In this document: positions 1-8,485 of the stretch, one piece after another | Numbering within the stretch: the stretch's first letter is position 1 | Layout: each line of letters opens with the position of its first letter | Origin: Bacillota bacterium | Lineage (GTDB): Bacteria; Bacillota; Clostridia; Lachnospirales; Bianqueaceae | Direction: 5' to 3' | DNA: 24,000 nucleotides | Assembly (NCBI GenBank): GCA_017620135.1 | Contig: JAFZQZ010000113.1 | Span: 74,639-98,638 of the forward strand | Notes under the pieces: model-generated | Database searches by the model: none | The model's input: only the letters and a program-made list of their open reading frames with translations | Told to the model about the DNA's origin: nothing | Position numbers and translations under genes: made by a program

Positions 1-37
1 TTTCTTGTTTTCTAAAGTATAGTTTTCTCCGACAGGA

Positions 38-1435
38 TCAGAACTCCAGGTTGTTGACGGTACGCGGGAAGGGAACGACGTCACGGATGTTGCCCATACC
101 GGTGACATACATGATCAGGCGCTCGAAGCCCAGGCCGAAACCGCCGTGTTTGACGGTGCCGTAGCGGCGAAGGTCCAGATACCACCAGTAATCCTCTTCT
201 TTCATGCCCAGTTCGCGGATACGAGCTTCCAGAACGTCCAGACGCTCTTCCCTCTGGGAACCGCCGCAAAGCTCGCCTACACCGGGGACCAGAAGGTCCG
301 CGGCCGCGACGGTCTTGCCGTCTTCGTTGAGCCGCATGTAGAAGGCTTTGATATCTTTGGGATAGTCGGTGACGAAGACCGGAGAACCTTCAAAGGCTAC
401 CTCTGTAAGGTAACGTTCATGCTCGGTCTGCAGGTCGATGCCCCATTCGGGTTCGTAATCGAACTTCTGACCGCTGGCTTTGAGGATCTCCACAGCCTTG
501 GTATAGGGGCAGCGGACAAAGTCTTTGTCCACGATGTTCTGCAGTCTGGCGAGCAGGCTCTTATCGATAAAGCTGTTGAAGAAAATCAGTTCTTCTTTCG
601 CGTTTTCCAGAAGGTAACGGATGACATATTTCAGCATGTCTTCTTCCAGCTGACACACATCCGCAAGATCCGCGAAACAGACTTCCGGCTCCATCATCCA
701 GAACTCCGCGGCGTGACGAGGTGTGTTGCTGTTCTCTGCGCGGAAGGTGGGGCCAAAGGTATAGATGTTGCGGAAAGCGGTGGCGAAGGTCTCGCCGTTC
801 AGCTGACCGGAAACGGTCAGGGATGCCATTTTTCCAAAGAAGTCCTCGGAGAAGTCAGGTGTTCCGTCTTCCTTGAAGGCCTGCTTTTTGGGATCGATCG
901 TAGTCACACGGAACATCTCGCCGGCGCCTTCGGCATCGGAACCGGTGATGATAGGTGTGTTGACATATACGAAACCTCTTTCCTGGAAGAACTTGTGGAT
1001 CGCGAAAGCCGCCAGGGAGCGGACGCGGAAGACTGCCTGGAAAGTGTTGCTGCGCGGACGAAGATGTGCGATCGTGCGCAGGTATTCCATGGTGTGACGC
1101 TTTTTCTGCAGCGGATAATCCGGGGTGGAAAGACCTTCGACTTCGACCTTTTCCGCGTGCAGCTCAAAAGGCTGTTTGGCGTTCGGGGTGAGGATGAGTT
1201 TTCCCGTCACGATGATGGCGGAACCAACCGGAATGTGGCTGATCTCTTCGAAGTTCTCCACTTTCTCTGCCTCGTAGACGATCTGCAGGGTAGAGAAGCA
1301 GGTGCCGTCGGCCAGTACGATAAAGCCGATCGATTTGGAATCACGGATGCTGCGGACCCATCCGCCGAGGGACAGGGTCTGTCCGTCATAGGAAGCCGGA
1401 TCTTTATAAAGATCACGAAGTAATGTTAAGTCCAT
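38..1435 (-). CDS. asnS: asparagine--tRNA ligase
   Basis: The ORF-track frame is 38..1489. The preferred start is the ATG at 1435 ([11 protein letters not shown]...), preceded by GAGGA. It has an N-terminal OB-fold segment ([20 protein letters not shown]) and class II aaRS motifs ([21 protein letters not shown]; [10 protein letters not shown]). Overall it reads as typical AsnRS. Confidence 0.93.
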   Translation of the reverse strand: MDLTLLRDLYKDPASYDGQTLSLGGWVRSIRDSKSIGFIVLADGTCFSTLQIVYEAEKVENFEEISHIPVGSAIIVTGKLILTPNAKQPFELHAEKVEVEGLSTPDYPLQKKRHTMEYLRTIAHLRPRSNTFQAVFRVRSLAAFAIHKFFQERGFVYVNTPIITGSDAEGAGEMFRVTTIDPKKQAFKEDGTPDFSEDFFGKMASLTVSGQLNGETFATAFRNIYTFGPTFRAENSNTPRHAAEFWMMEPEVCFADLADVCQLEEDMLKYVIRYLLENAKEELIFFNSFIDKSLLARLQNIVDKDFVRCPYTKAVEILKASGQKFDYEPEWGIDLQTEHERYLTEVAFEGSPVFVTDYPKDIKAFYMRLNEDGKTVAAADLLVPGVGELCGGSQREERLDVLEARIRELGMKEEDYWWYLDLRRYGTVKHGGFGLGFERLIMYVTGMGNIRDVVPFPRTVNNLEF

Positions 1436-1454
1436 AGGATTTGTCCTCAGATGA

Positions 1455-2960
1455 TTATTTCGCCTGTTCGCTGGAATGCAGGGTAACATCGTGGTAACCG
1501 CCCTCGACGATACTGGTGGCGGAGACCAGGGTGATCTTAGCTTTCTGCTGAAGCTCTTCGATCGTCAGCGCGCCGCAGTTGCACATGGTGTGTTTGACCT
1601 TGGAAAGGGACAGGTTCACGTTGTCTTTCAGGCTGCCGGCATAGGGAACATAGGAGTCGACGCCTTCCTCGAAGGCCATCTTCTTGTCGCCGCCGAGATC
1701 ATATCTCTGCCAGTTGCGGGCACGGTTGGAACCTTCGCCCCAGTACTCTTTGACATAGGAACCGTTCACCATCAGGCGGTTGGTGGGAGACTCGTCGAAG
1801 CGGGCGAAGTAGCGGCCCAGCATCATGAAGTCGGCGCCCATGGCCAGAGCCAGGGTCATATGATAATCGTGGACGATACCGCCGTCGGAGCAGATCGGGA
1901 TATAGATGCCGGTCTCTTTGAAATACTCGTCTCTGGCTGCCGCGACGTCGATCACGGCGCTGGCCTGTCCGCGGCCGATCCCTTTCTGCTCACGGGTGAT
2001 GCAGATGGAACCGCCGCCGATACCGATCTTGATGAAGTCCGCGCCGGCCTTCGCCAGGAACAGGAAACCTTCACGGTCGACCACGTTGCCGGCACCGACT
2101 TTTACGGTGTCGCCGTATCGCTCGCGGATGTATTTGATGGTTTCTTCCTGCCAGACGGAGAAGCCTTCGGAAGAGTCGATGCACAGAACGTCCGCGCCGG
2201 CTTCGACGAGGGCGGGAACACGCTCGGCATAATCACGGGAGTTGATGCCCGCGCCGACCATGTAGCGTTTTTGCGTATCCAGAAGTTCCAGCGGGTTTTC
2301 TTTATGAGAGTCGTAGTCCTTGCGGAAAACGAAGTATTTCAGGCGCTGATTCTTATCAATGATAGGAAGGGAATTGAGCTTATGATCCCAGATGATATCA
2401 TTCGCGGTTTTAAGAGTGGTTTCCTCACCGGCGACAACGAGCTTATCGAAAGGCGTCATGAAATCGGCGACTTTGGTCGCGGGATCCATGCGGCTGACAC
2501 GGTAATCACGGGAAGAAACGATGCCCAGAAGTTTGCCGGTAGCGGAACCGTCTTCGGTGACAGCCATGGTGGAATGGCCGGTCTTGGCTTTCAGTTTCAG
2601 GACCTCAGCCAGGGTGTTGTCCGGGGTGAGGTTGGAGTCGCTGGGCACGAAGCCGGCTTTATAATTCTTGACGCGGGCGACCATTGCCGCTTCGTCTTCG
2701 ATAGACTGGGAGCCGTAGATGAAGGACAGACCGCCTTCGGTAGCGAGCGCGATCGCCATTCTTTCGCCGGAGACGGACTGCATGATGGCGGAAGTCATCG
2801 GTATATTGAGGCAGATCGGGCATTCTTCCTGGCCCTTGCGGTACTTGACCAGAGGGGTTCTCAGGGACACATTGGAAGGAATACAGTCGGGACCGGTATA
2901 GCCGGGGACTAAAAGGTATTCACTGAAAGTGTGAGAGGGTTCAGGATAATAATAAGCCAT
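1455..2960 (-). CDS. guaB: IMP dehydrogenase family protein (GuaB-like, with CBS pair)
   Basis: 501 aa. It has a TIM-barrel IMPDH/GMPR signature with a catalytic-Cys loop ([13 protein letters not shown]), a CBS-like insert ([10 protein letters not shown]..., LNSLPIID) and the phosphate-binding segment CSDGGI. RBS GAGGAGAAAACC lies before the ATG at 2960. The N-terminus ([20 protein letters not shown]) differs from canonical GuaB, so only family-level assignment is made. Confidence 0.8.
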   Translation of the reverse strand: MAYYYPEPSHTFSEYLLVPGYTGPDCIPSNVSLRTPLVKYRKGQEECPICLNIPMTSAIMQSVSGERMAIALATEGGLSFIYGSQSIEDEAAMVARVKNYKAGFVPSDSNLTPDNTLAEVLKLKAKTGHSTMAVTEDGSATGKLLGIVSSRDYRVSRMDPATKVADFMTPFDKLVVAGEETTLKTANDIIWDHKLNSLPIIDKNQRLKYFVFRKDYDSHKENPLELLDTQKRYMVGAGINSRDYAERVPALVEAGADVLCIDSSEGFSVWQEETIKYIRERYGDTVKVGAGNVVDREGFLFLAKAGADFIKIGIGGGSICITREQKGIGRGQASAVIDVAAARDEYFKETGIYIPICSDGGIVHDYHMTLALAMGADFMMLGRYFARFDESPTNRLMVNGSYVKEYWGEGSNRARNWQRYDLGGDKKMAFEEGVDSYVPYAGSLKDNVNLSLSKVKHTMCNCGALTIEELQQKAKITLVSATSIVEGGYHDVTLHSSEQAK

Positions 2961-2989
2961 GGTTTTCTCCTCAAAAGAATATTTTGACT

Positions 2990-3018
2990 ATTATATCAGT
3001 ATGAAAAGACAATATCAA
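2990..3018 (-). promoter_or_regulatory. candidate sigma-A promoter for guaB-asnS
   Basis: Read on the minus strand: TTGATA (3018..3013), a 17-nt spacer, then TATAAT (2995..2990). This lies about 30 nt upstream of the guaB ATG. Confidence 0.55.
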
Positions 3019-3087
3019 TCCGCTTTACTCTTAAAGACAGCGAGGATTTGTCTTATTTTTGTGGTCAAAATGACGATGGGATAATAA

Positions 3088-3130
3088 TGGGACAATGGGA
3101 CAGGCCGAAATATATCTGTCCCACTGTCCG
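3088..3130. promoter_or_regulatory. symmetric repeat array / long hairpin (TGGGACA x2 ... TGTCCCA, TGTCCg)
   Basis: Arms 3090-3103 (GGACAATGGGACAG) and 3116-3129 (CTGTCCCACTGTCC) pair at 13 of 14 positions around a 12-nt loop. Each arm is itself a tandem of a 7-mer half-site spaced 8 nt apart. It sits between the divergent guaB gene and the Tad operon. Confidence 0.45.
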
Positions 3131-3131
3131 A

Positions 3132-3180
3132 GCCGGGAAGCGGCTGTTTATCGGCTGTCTGAAAAACTCCCGGCTTTTTT
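3132..3180 (+). terminator. terminator-like stem (GCCGGGA/TCCCGGC) followed by T6
   Basis: The 7-bp GC-rich stem (3132-3138 / 3168-3174) encloses a 29-nt loop and is followed by TTTTTT at 3175-3180. The plus-strand orientation has no upstream plus-strand gene, so it could be a leader attenuator, the end of a small RNA, or an insulator. Confidence 0.35.
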
Positions 3181-3295
3181 AAATGTGAAAAATAGAAATC
3201 CGGATCAATATGACGCATAATCGAGCAACCACACAACAACAAACGTAATCTTAACGTGAGTGCTGAAAGTGGTACAGGCTCTTTGGAGGAGGGGA
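3174..3295 (+). mobile_element. IS200/IS605 left-end-like remnant (no tnpB)
   Basis: CTTTTTTAAATGTGAAAAATAG (3174-3195) is identical to the reverse complement of 14687-14708, which lies in the region upstream of tnpB. Colinear weaker matches follow (ATCC, ATCGAG, TCTTTGGAG + GGAGG-type SD). In this copy the SD-like GGAGGAGGGGA is not followed by an ORF. Confidence 0.45.
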
Positions 3296-3387
3296 GAAGA
3301 AAACTCCTAATCAGACTCTTAGACAAGTTTTTAGAAGTTATTACCCCCTTTTCGTTTCCCCTCCTTCTTTTTTGAAAGGAACGTTAA

Positions 3388-4485
3388 ATGGGAAAAATCA
3401 GTTTATATATCGATACCAGAGACCGGCGTTATGCCGTACGCCTGGCGGAATACTTCAGTAAGTATTTCGCCTCTTCCATGGATGTTTTTCTGACAGATCC
3501 CGAACACGATCCCGCGGCAATTTCTTTTCGCCATACGGGACCGATGGTACTTTTAAGCGATGACCCCGAGTCCTATCAGGGGCCGAAGATGGATCAGGTT
3601 TTGCTTTTATCGGAACAGGACGGGATCGATCCTTATCAGTCGGCCAGGGATATCGCTGAAAAGATCCTGACTGCCTGTCACAGCAGAAGAGAAGAGGAAA
3701 GCCGCGTCATACGGAGCGGCAATGTACAGATGGAGAAGCAGTTGTCCCTTCTGGAAGATCCCCGGCTGGGATTTGGAAGGATCATCTCCTTTTACGCACT
3801 GTCCGGAGGAACCGGGCTCACTACACTGATGCTTTCTTTCGCACTGACACTTCAGGCGACCGGACTTTCTGTCCTGGTCCTGACACTGGATCCGGTTTTT
3901 CCTTCCTACATCTCCGTTTCAGCGGGAGGATCTCTGGGCGATCTGTTCTACAGCCTGCTTTCTGAAGGAAAAGAGATCCTGATCCGCCGGATCAAAGAAC
4001 TTCCCGCACCAGCAAAGAACTGGGAAACCAATATCCGGTTTCTCCCTCCGCCCGCACGGGCGGATGATCTTTTGGATGTTTCGGAAGAAGAACGAAGAGA
4101 ACTTCTTGAGACCCTGCGGGAAGAATACAACATCATACTGATCGATCTGGGATCCAGACTATACAGTCCTCACAGGCAGATCCTCGCGGAAAGTGACAGG
4201 GTCGTCCGGCTGGAAGAAGCGTCGGAGGAAGGCCTTTTCCGGGCGGAGAGACTGAAAATCGAAATGGTCCCGGAGGAAAAGACGATACGATTCGTGACGG
4301 AAAATCTGCGTACGGAGAAACCTTCGAAAGTGGAAAAAGAGACCAGGCGGATGCTTCCGCCGGATCAGATCTGGCTTCCCAGAAGTCCGGAACTGAGAGA
4401 AAAAGGCGATGTCAGGAAGCTCGCGGAGAATTCTCCCTATCTGGAAGCGGTGAGGAAGGTGGTGGCGGATACGTGCGGGATCTGA
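3388..4485 (+). CDS. TadZ/CpaE-like pilus assembly protein (receiver-like N-domain + ParA/MinD-like domain with degenerate Walker A)
   Basis: 365 aa and first gene of the Tad-like operon. The N-terminal ~100 aa look receiver-like. The central segment ISFYALSGGTGLTTLML occupies the position of the deviant Walker A (KGGxGK[ST]T) but lacks both lysines. IILIDLG matches the Walker B position. Position upstream of cpaF matches tadZ/cpaE synteny. Confidence 0.65.
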   Translation: MGKISLYIDTRDRRYAVRLAEYFSKYFASSMDVFLTDPEHDPAAISFRHTGPMVLLSDDPESYQGPKMDQVLLLSEQDGIDPYQSARDIAEKILTACHSRREEESRVIRSGNVQMEKQLSLLEDPRLGFGRIISFYALSGGTGLTTLMLSFALTLQATGLSVLVLTLDPVFPSYISVSAGGSLGDLFYSLLSEGKEILIRRIKELPAPAKNWETNIRFLPPPARADDLLDVSEEERRELLETLREEYNIILIDLGSRLYSPHRQILAESDRVVRLEEASEEGLFRAERLKIEMVPEEKTIRFVTENLRTEKPSKVEKETRRMLPPDQIWLPRSPELREKGDVRKLAENSPYLEAVRKVVADTCGI

Positions 4486-5630
4486 CGGATCAGTACGTAT
4501 TCCTGCTGGAGAGTGTCAAAGAGCGGGCGAGAGACCTGCAGATCTATACAGATGAAGGGATCCGGCAGATCATTTTTGAGAAGATGAAAGGAAAAGCGGA
4601 TCTCGTTCTGGCGGACAGAGTCCGCATCGGGAAGCGGATCTTCAATTCCATCCGGCGGATGGATATCCTGCAGCCGCTGCTGGATGATGATCTGGTGACG
4701 GATATCATGGTCAACGGCGCGGATCGGATCTTCTATACACGCGACGGGGAGATGAAACAGTATCCGGAAATGTTTGAAAGCGAAGAACGGCTGGAGGATC
4801 TGGTACAGCAGATCGTGGGAAGCGTAAACCGGACTGTCAATGAGGCTTCACCGATCGTGGATGCCAGGCTTTCGGACGGATCCCGCGTTCATGCGGTGCT
4901 GCCGCCGGTCTCTCTATCCGGTACCGTTTTGACGATCCGGCGTTTTCGGGATGAACCGATCCGCCTGGAAGATATGCTGAAAGAAGGGGCGATGGATGAG
5001 AACCTGGCTGCTTTTCTCCGAAACCTGGTGGAAGGAAGAAAAAACCTGTTTATCTGCGGAGGAACGTCTTCCGGCAAGACGACGCTTCTTGGCGCGCTCG
5101 GTGGTCTGATTCCAATCTCGGAACGAGTCGTAACCATAGAAGACTCGGCAGAACTTCGGATCGTCGGGCCTGAAAACCTGGTTTCGTTGGAGACCAGGGC
5201 GGCAGGACCCGACGGAAGAGGAAGGATCACCCTGAGAGATCTCGTGCGTGCTTCGCTCAGAATGAATCCAGACAGGCTTCTGATCGGTGAGGTCAGAGGG
5301 GAGGAAGCGATCGATATGCTGAGTGGAATGAACACAGGCCACGCGGCTATGTCGACCGGCCACGCCAATTCCTGCCGAGATATGATCCGCCGGCTGGAAT
5401 CCATGGTATGGATGGGAATGGATATTCCCATGGAAGCGATCCGTATGCAGATCGCGTCCGCGCTGGATTATCTGATCTATATGGAAAAGATCCCGGGAGG
5501 GATCAGAAGAATCGGACAGATCGTGTCCGTGGAGGAAGTAAAGGAAGGGGAGATCCTTCTGAATACCGTCATGGATCGTGATCGGGAAGGAAACAGCAGA
5601 TGGTATGGAAACGAAATAAAAAGCTCGTGA
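4473..5630 (+). CDS. tadA: CpaF/TadA family type IV filament secretion ATPase
   Basis: 385 aa with a GTG start at 4473 after GAGGAAGGTGG. Walker A is GGTSSGKTT (5058-5084). It also carries the Asp box VTIEDSAEL, Walker B RMNPDRLLIGEVRGEEA and the His box GHAAMSTGHANS. It overlaps the upstream gene by 13 nt. Confidence 0.92.
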   Translation: MRDLTDQYVFLLESVKERARDLQIYTDEGIRQIIFEKMKGKADLVLADRVRIGKRIFNSIRRMDILQPLLDDDLVTDIMVNGADRIFYTRDGEMKQYPEMFESEERLEDLVQQIVGSVNRTVNEASPIVDARLSDGSRVHAVLPPVSLSGTVLTIRRFRDEPIRLEDMLKEGAMDENLAAFLRNLVEGRKNLFICGGTSSGKTTLLGALGGLIPISERVVTIEDSAELRIVGPENLVSLETRAAGPDGRGRITLRDLVRASLRMNPDRLLIGEVRGEEAIDMLSGMNTGHAAMSTGHANSCRDMIRRLESMVWMGMDIPMEAIRMQIASALDYLIYMEKIPGGIRRIGQIVSVEEVKEGEILLNTVMDRDREGNSRWYGNEIKSS

Positions 5631-6385
5631 CAGGAGTGGGCAATCGGCATCCGCCTTTGAAAAAAACTCATACTGACATAGTTTTACATCTCCTTTATGC
5701 GCTGGCAGGCGCATGCCTGATGTCGCTGGCTTCCTTTGTCTTTTTCCATCAGAAGATCGTTCTTCTGGCAGCTGGCTGCTTCGGCGCCATCGTCGGTCCT
5801 GGCGCAATCCGGCGGAGCAGGCAGAAACGGGAGAAACAGCTTCTGGCGGCGGAAATGAAGGAGGTCCTGGATGATCTGCTGATCCTGCTAAGGTCAGGAC
5901 GATCTCTGGAAAGTGCTCTTCTTTCCTGTTTTCAGGAAATGGACCCGAAAGATAAGAAGCACGCTTATCCTCTTTTCGAGGAAATGTCCGCGGGTCTGAA
6001 ACTTAGTTATTCAGCGGAGGAAGTCCTTGCCACGATGGCGGAAAAGAGCGGGATAGAGGAGATCCGGTCTCTTTCAAGAACCATCGAGATCTGCAAGCGG
6101 ACAGAGGGCGATACTGCCAAAGTCATGGAACAAACGATCCGGTATCTGAAAGACCGGATGGAAATTCAGGCAGAACTAAAAATCCTTCTGGCGAAAAAAC
6201 AGATGGAGCAGAAAATCATGGGAATCATGCCGTTTGGTATGATCTTTCTGCTCCTTCTGCTATCGCCCGGCTATCTTTCGCCGCTTTATCAGACGATCAC
6301 GGGACAGATCGTCATGGCCTGCGCCGCGGCGCTGATGGTCGTCAGTATCTGGATGTCCAGGAAGATCATACAGATAGAGCTATGA
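5600..6385 (+). CDS. tadB: TadB-like platform protein (T2SSF domain)
   Basis: 261 aa with an N-terminal TM (IVLHLLYALAGACLMSLASFVFF), a cytoplasmic helical T2SSF-like domain (LDDLLILLRSGRSLESAL..., IEEIRSLSRTIEICKRTEGD) and C-terminal TMs. The start is uncertain: the ATG at 5600 has a GGAAGG RBS, and a GTG at 5627 would form a GTGA overlap with the cpaF stop. Confidence 0.78.
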   Translation: MVWKRNKKLVTGVGNRHPPLKKTHTDIVLHLLYALAGACLMSLASFVFFHQKIVLLAAGCFGAIVGPGAIRRSRQKREKQLLAAEMKEVLDDLLILLRSGRSLESALLSCFQEMDPKDKKHAYPLFEEMSAGLKLSYSAEEVLATMAEKSGIEEIRSLSRTIEICKRTEGDTAKVMEQTIRYLKDRMEIQAELKILLAKKQMEQKIMGIMPFGMIFLLLLLSPGYLSPLYQTITGQIVMACAAALMVVSIWMSRKIIQIEL

Positions 6386-7830
6386 GTATCGAGGTCGTAT
6401 TCTGGATCGCGGCATCGCTGAGTTTGCTGCTGCTCATCTGGATCATCCTGTGCCGGATCCGGTGTGAGAAGAGTCAGAGTGGAAAAGTGCCTCTTTGGGA
6501 GAGGATCTTTCTGCCGGCAGGGAGGGAGATCCTGGCACTGATCACGAAGACAGGAAGGAAACCCGATCACGGCCTATATCCGATTTTTGCCCGGATGATG
6601 GGAAAGACGGAAGGAACCCGGCAGTATGAAGATTTTCAAAGCCGGAGGATCAGTACGCTGCTGGTGTTTTTGCTGGCCTTTCTGGTTCTTCTGATGGCAG
6701 GGACGTATGCCGATGCTTTCTCGGAGAAGACGGATCAGCTGGACCTTACCCGGGGCGATAACGGCAGCGCGGTAAAGGTGGAGAAGGCGGTGCTGACGGT
6801 TTGGAATGAAGGTGGAAGCATTTCAAAGAAAGTAACGATCCGGATCCCCGCGAAGGAAATGACGCGGGAACAGGCGGATCTTCTTTTGAAAGAGGCGTTG
6901 GAGAAACTGCTGCTTGAGATGGACGGAAAAACAGTCAGGGGAAAGGTTACTTTACCCACCGCATACGGACAGGTAAAGATCAAATATCTTTCGCTAAGTC
7001 CTGAGCTGATCCGTTCGGACGGGCAGCTCTTGAAGGAACCCGGTACGGAACGAAGAGAGCTGTATCTTAGGGCGGTCCTGGAAGTGGAAGGTTATACGGA
7101 AAAGACAGTTCTTCATCTGACGCAGGTCGGGTTTTCCGATCTGTCGGATGAAGAGAGGATCGATCTGCTGGCAAAACAGATCGAGGACGGACGTTATCTG
7201 GAAGAAGATCGCGTAAACATACCGGAAAGAACACCGGAGGGAGAAGTAATGACTGTAAGTCCCGCCTTGGACCCACATCCGGAAAAAGTATTTCTGGTAC
7301 TTTTGCTGCTGCCTTTCCTCTGGATCTATCAGGAAAGAGAAGCAAGAAAACTGTGGAAGGAAAGGGACGAGAAGATCCTGCTTCGCTTCCCGGAATTCGT
7401 CGGAGAACTGATTATCCTTGCCAGGGCAGGTCTCAGCCTGCCGCTCAGCATGATACGGCTGGGAGAGGATTACCGGAAACGAAGGGAAAAGGGAGAAAAA
7501 ATCGATCTTCTGTATGAAGAAGTCGCCAGGATCGGAGAAGAGATATCCGAAGGGATCAGTTTTCGGGAAGCTGTCCGTGGGATGGGAGAAAGAACAACGA
7601 TCCCGAAGCTGCGGCAGCTTTGCCATATCCTGATACAGAACGAACGGAAAAGTAATGTGTACCTGCTGGAACGACTGACAGAACTGTCAGATGAGGCCTG
7701 GGACGAACGAAAAAAACGGGTGAGGGAACTTTCCGAGACAGCCGATACCAGGCTCGTATTTCCACTGGTACTCATGATGGTCGTAGTGCTGATGGTGGTA
7801 CTGGCGCCGTCATTGATTTCACTGCAATAA
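6382..7830 (+). CDS. tadC: TadC-like platform protein with extra ~190-aa domain
   Basis: 482 aa with an ATGA overlap with tadB. The C-terminal T2SSF-like domain reads FPEFVGELIILARAGLSLPLSM..., ISFREAVRGMGERTTIPKLRQL and is followed by a final TM. The N-terminal half has two TMs followed by a non-TM segment, residues ~115-300, that is absent from typical ~300-aa TadC proteins. Confidence 0.72.
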   Translation: MSIEVVFWIAASLSLLLLIWIILCRIRCEKSQSGKVPLWERIFLPAGREILALITKTGRKPDHGLYPIFARMMGKTEGTRQYEDFQSRRISTLLVFLLAFLVLLMAGTYADAFSEKTDQLDLTRGDNGSAVKVEKAVLTVWNEGGSISKKVTIRIPAKEMTREQADLLLKEALEKLLLEMDGKTVRGKVTLPTAYGQVKIKYLSLSPELIRSDGQLLKEPGTERRELYLRAVLEVEGYTEKTVLHLTQVGFSDLSDEERIDLLAKQIEDGRYLEEDRVNIPERTPEGEVMTVSPALDPHPEKVFLVLLLLPFLWIYQEREARKLWKERDEKILLRFPEFVGELIILARAGLSLPLSMIRLGEDYRKRREKGEKIDLLYEEVARIGEEISEGISFREAVRGMGERTTIPKLRQLCHILIQNERKSNVYLLERLTELSDEAWDERKKRVRELSETADTRLVFPLVLMMVVVLMVVLAPSLISLQ

Positions 7831-7850
7831 AAAATGAGAGGAGAAATGTC

Positions 7851-8060
7851 ATGACACTGGAACAGAGAAACGTGTGGAGAAAGTTTTTGCTGGAGGATGG
7901 CGCGTCGGGGATGGCGACCATCGAGGTATTGCTGATTATCGCTGTGTTGATCGCACTGGTCATTCTTTTCAAGGATACGATCCTTGGATTCGTTACGGAG
8001 ATCCTCGGGAATATCTCCACCCAGGGGACCTCCTTTGACCCGGCATCCATGGTCCCCTGA
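7851..8060 (+). CDS. flp: Flp/Flp1-like type IVc pilin precursor
   Basis: 69 aa with a strong RBS (GAGAGGAG). The leader ends in G20 (7908-7910), followed by MATIE with Glu at +5 (7923-7925). A hydrophobic helix follows (VLLIIAVLIALVILFKD). This fits the G/xxxxE[YV] Flp processing motif. Confidence 0.78.
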   Translation: MTLEQRNVWRKFLLEDGASGMATIEVLLIIAVLIALVILFKDTILGFVTEILGNISTQGTSFDPASMVP

Positions 8061-8485
8061 TGAGATCGTTCACGGAAGGAAGTTTTACGGTAGAAATGGC
8101 GCTGATCTTTCCGGGGATCCTGCTCCTTCTCGTCGCGCTGATCGAGACAGGATTATGGTACCGGATCCGGATCAGAACGGACGCGAGTCTGCAGGAAGCG
8201 CTGATGCTCGTCGAAACAGCCAGGAGCCGGGGATATACACTGGAAGAAGCCGTTTTTCTGGCGGACGGGAGGCTGGATGAATCTCTGGAAGATACCGGAG
8301 ACTTTTCCCGCAGCTGGGAAGTCCGGGATTCTTATCTGAAAGAATCGGTAGATCTGAATATCTGGGGCACGTATGGATCGATCCTGCCGCTTTCTTATCG
8401 GGAAAGCCAGCGGCTCCTTCATCCGGATCCCCGGAGATTCAGGGACAGAGTGGATCTGATATGCGAAAAACTAAACGTGAAATAA
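8060..8485 (+). CDS. tadE: TadE-like pseudopilin
   Basis: 141 aa. The start overlaps the flp stop (TGATG). The N-terminus MRSFTEG/SFTVEMALIFPGILLLLVALIE has Gly7 and Glu at +5 followed by a TM helix, which is the typical TadE/TadF N-terminal motif. Confidence 0.7.
   Translation: MRSFTEGSFTVEMALIFPGILLLLVALIETGLWYRIRIRTDASLQEALMLVETARSRGYTLEEAVFLADGRLDESLEDTGDFSRSWEVRDSYLKESVDLNIWGTYGSILPLSYRESQRLLHPDPRRFRDRVDLICEKLNVK

Noticed and set aside
146-2912. Long plus-strand ORFs (146..1423, 425 aa; 1476..2912, 478 aa) opposite asnS and guaB
   Set aside because: They are antisense shadow frames of clearly identifiable genes. The products are low-complexity and Gly/Ala/Asp/Val-rich with no recognisable motifs or RBS, which is typical of GC-rich coding regions.
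3015-3326. 103-aa minus-strand ORF in the guaB/Tad intergenic region
   Set aside because: It has no RBS. It spans the hairpins, the terminator-like element and the IS-end-like repeat (its YFSHLKK peptide is just the 22-nt repeat). The product is low-complexity.
3019-3387. Naming the Tad leader as a c-di-GMP (or other known) riboswitch
   Set aside because: I could not find the conserved cores I remember for GEMM-I/II or other classes. Only generic hairpins are visible, so it is reported as an unclassified structured region.
3296-3387. Possibility that 3296-3387 is the matching right end of a miniature IS (similarity of CTCTTAGACAAG / TTAGAAGT...TACCCCC to the 13260-13320 region)
   Set aside because: The matches are short, not colinear and in inconsistent orientation. 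They could be chance, so only the left-end-like part is reported.
4889-5807. Minus-strand ORFs (4889..5431, 4914..5807) opposite the CpaF-like ATPase
   Set aside because: They are antisense to a gene with unmistakable ATPase motifs. The products are Arg/Ser/Pro-rich and uninformative.
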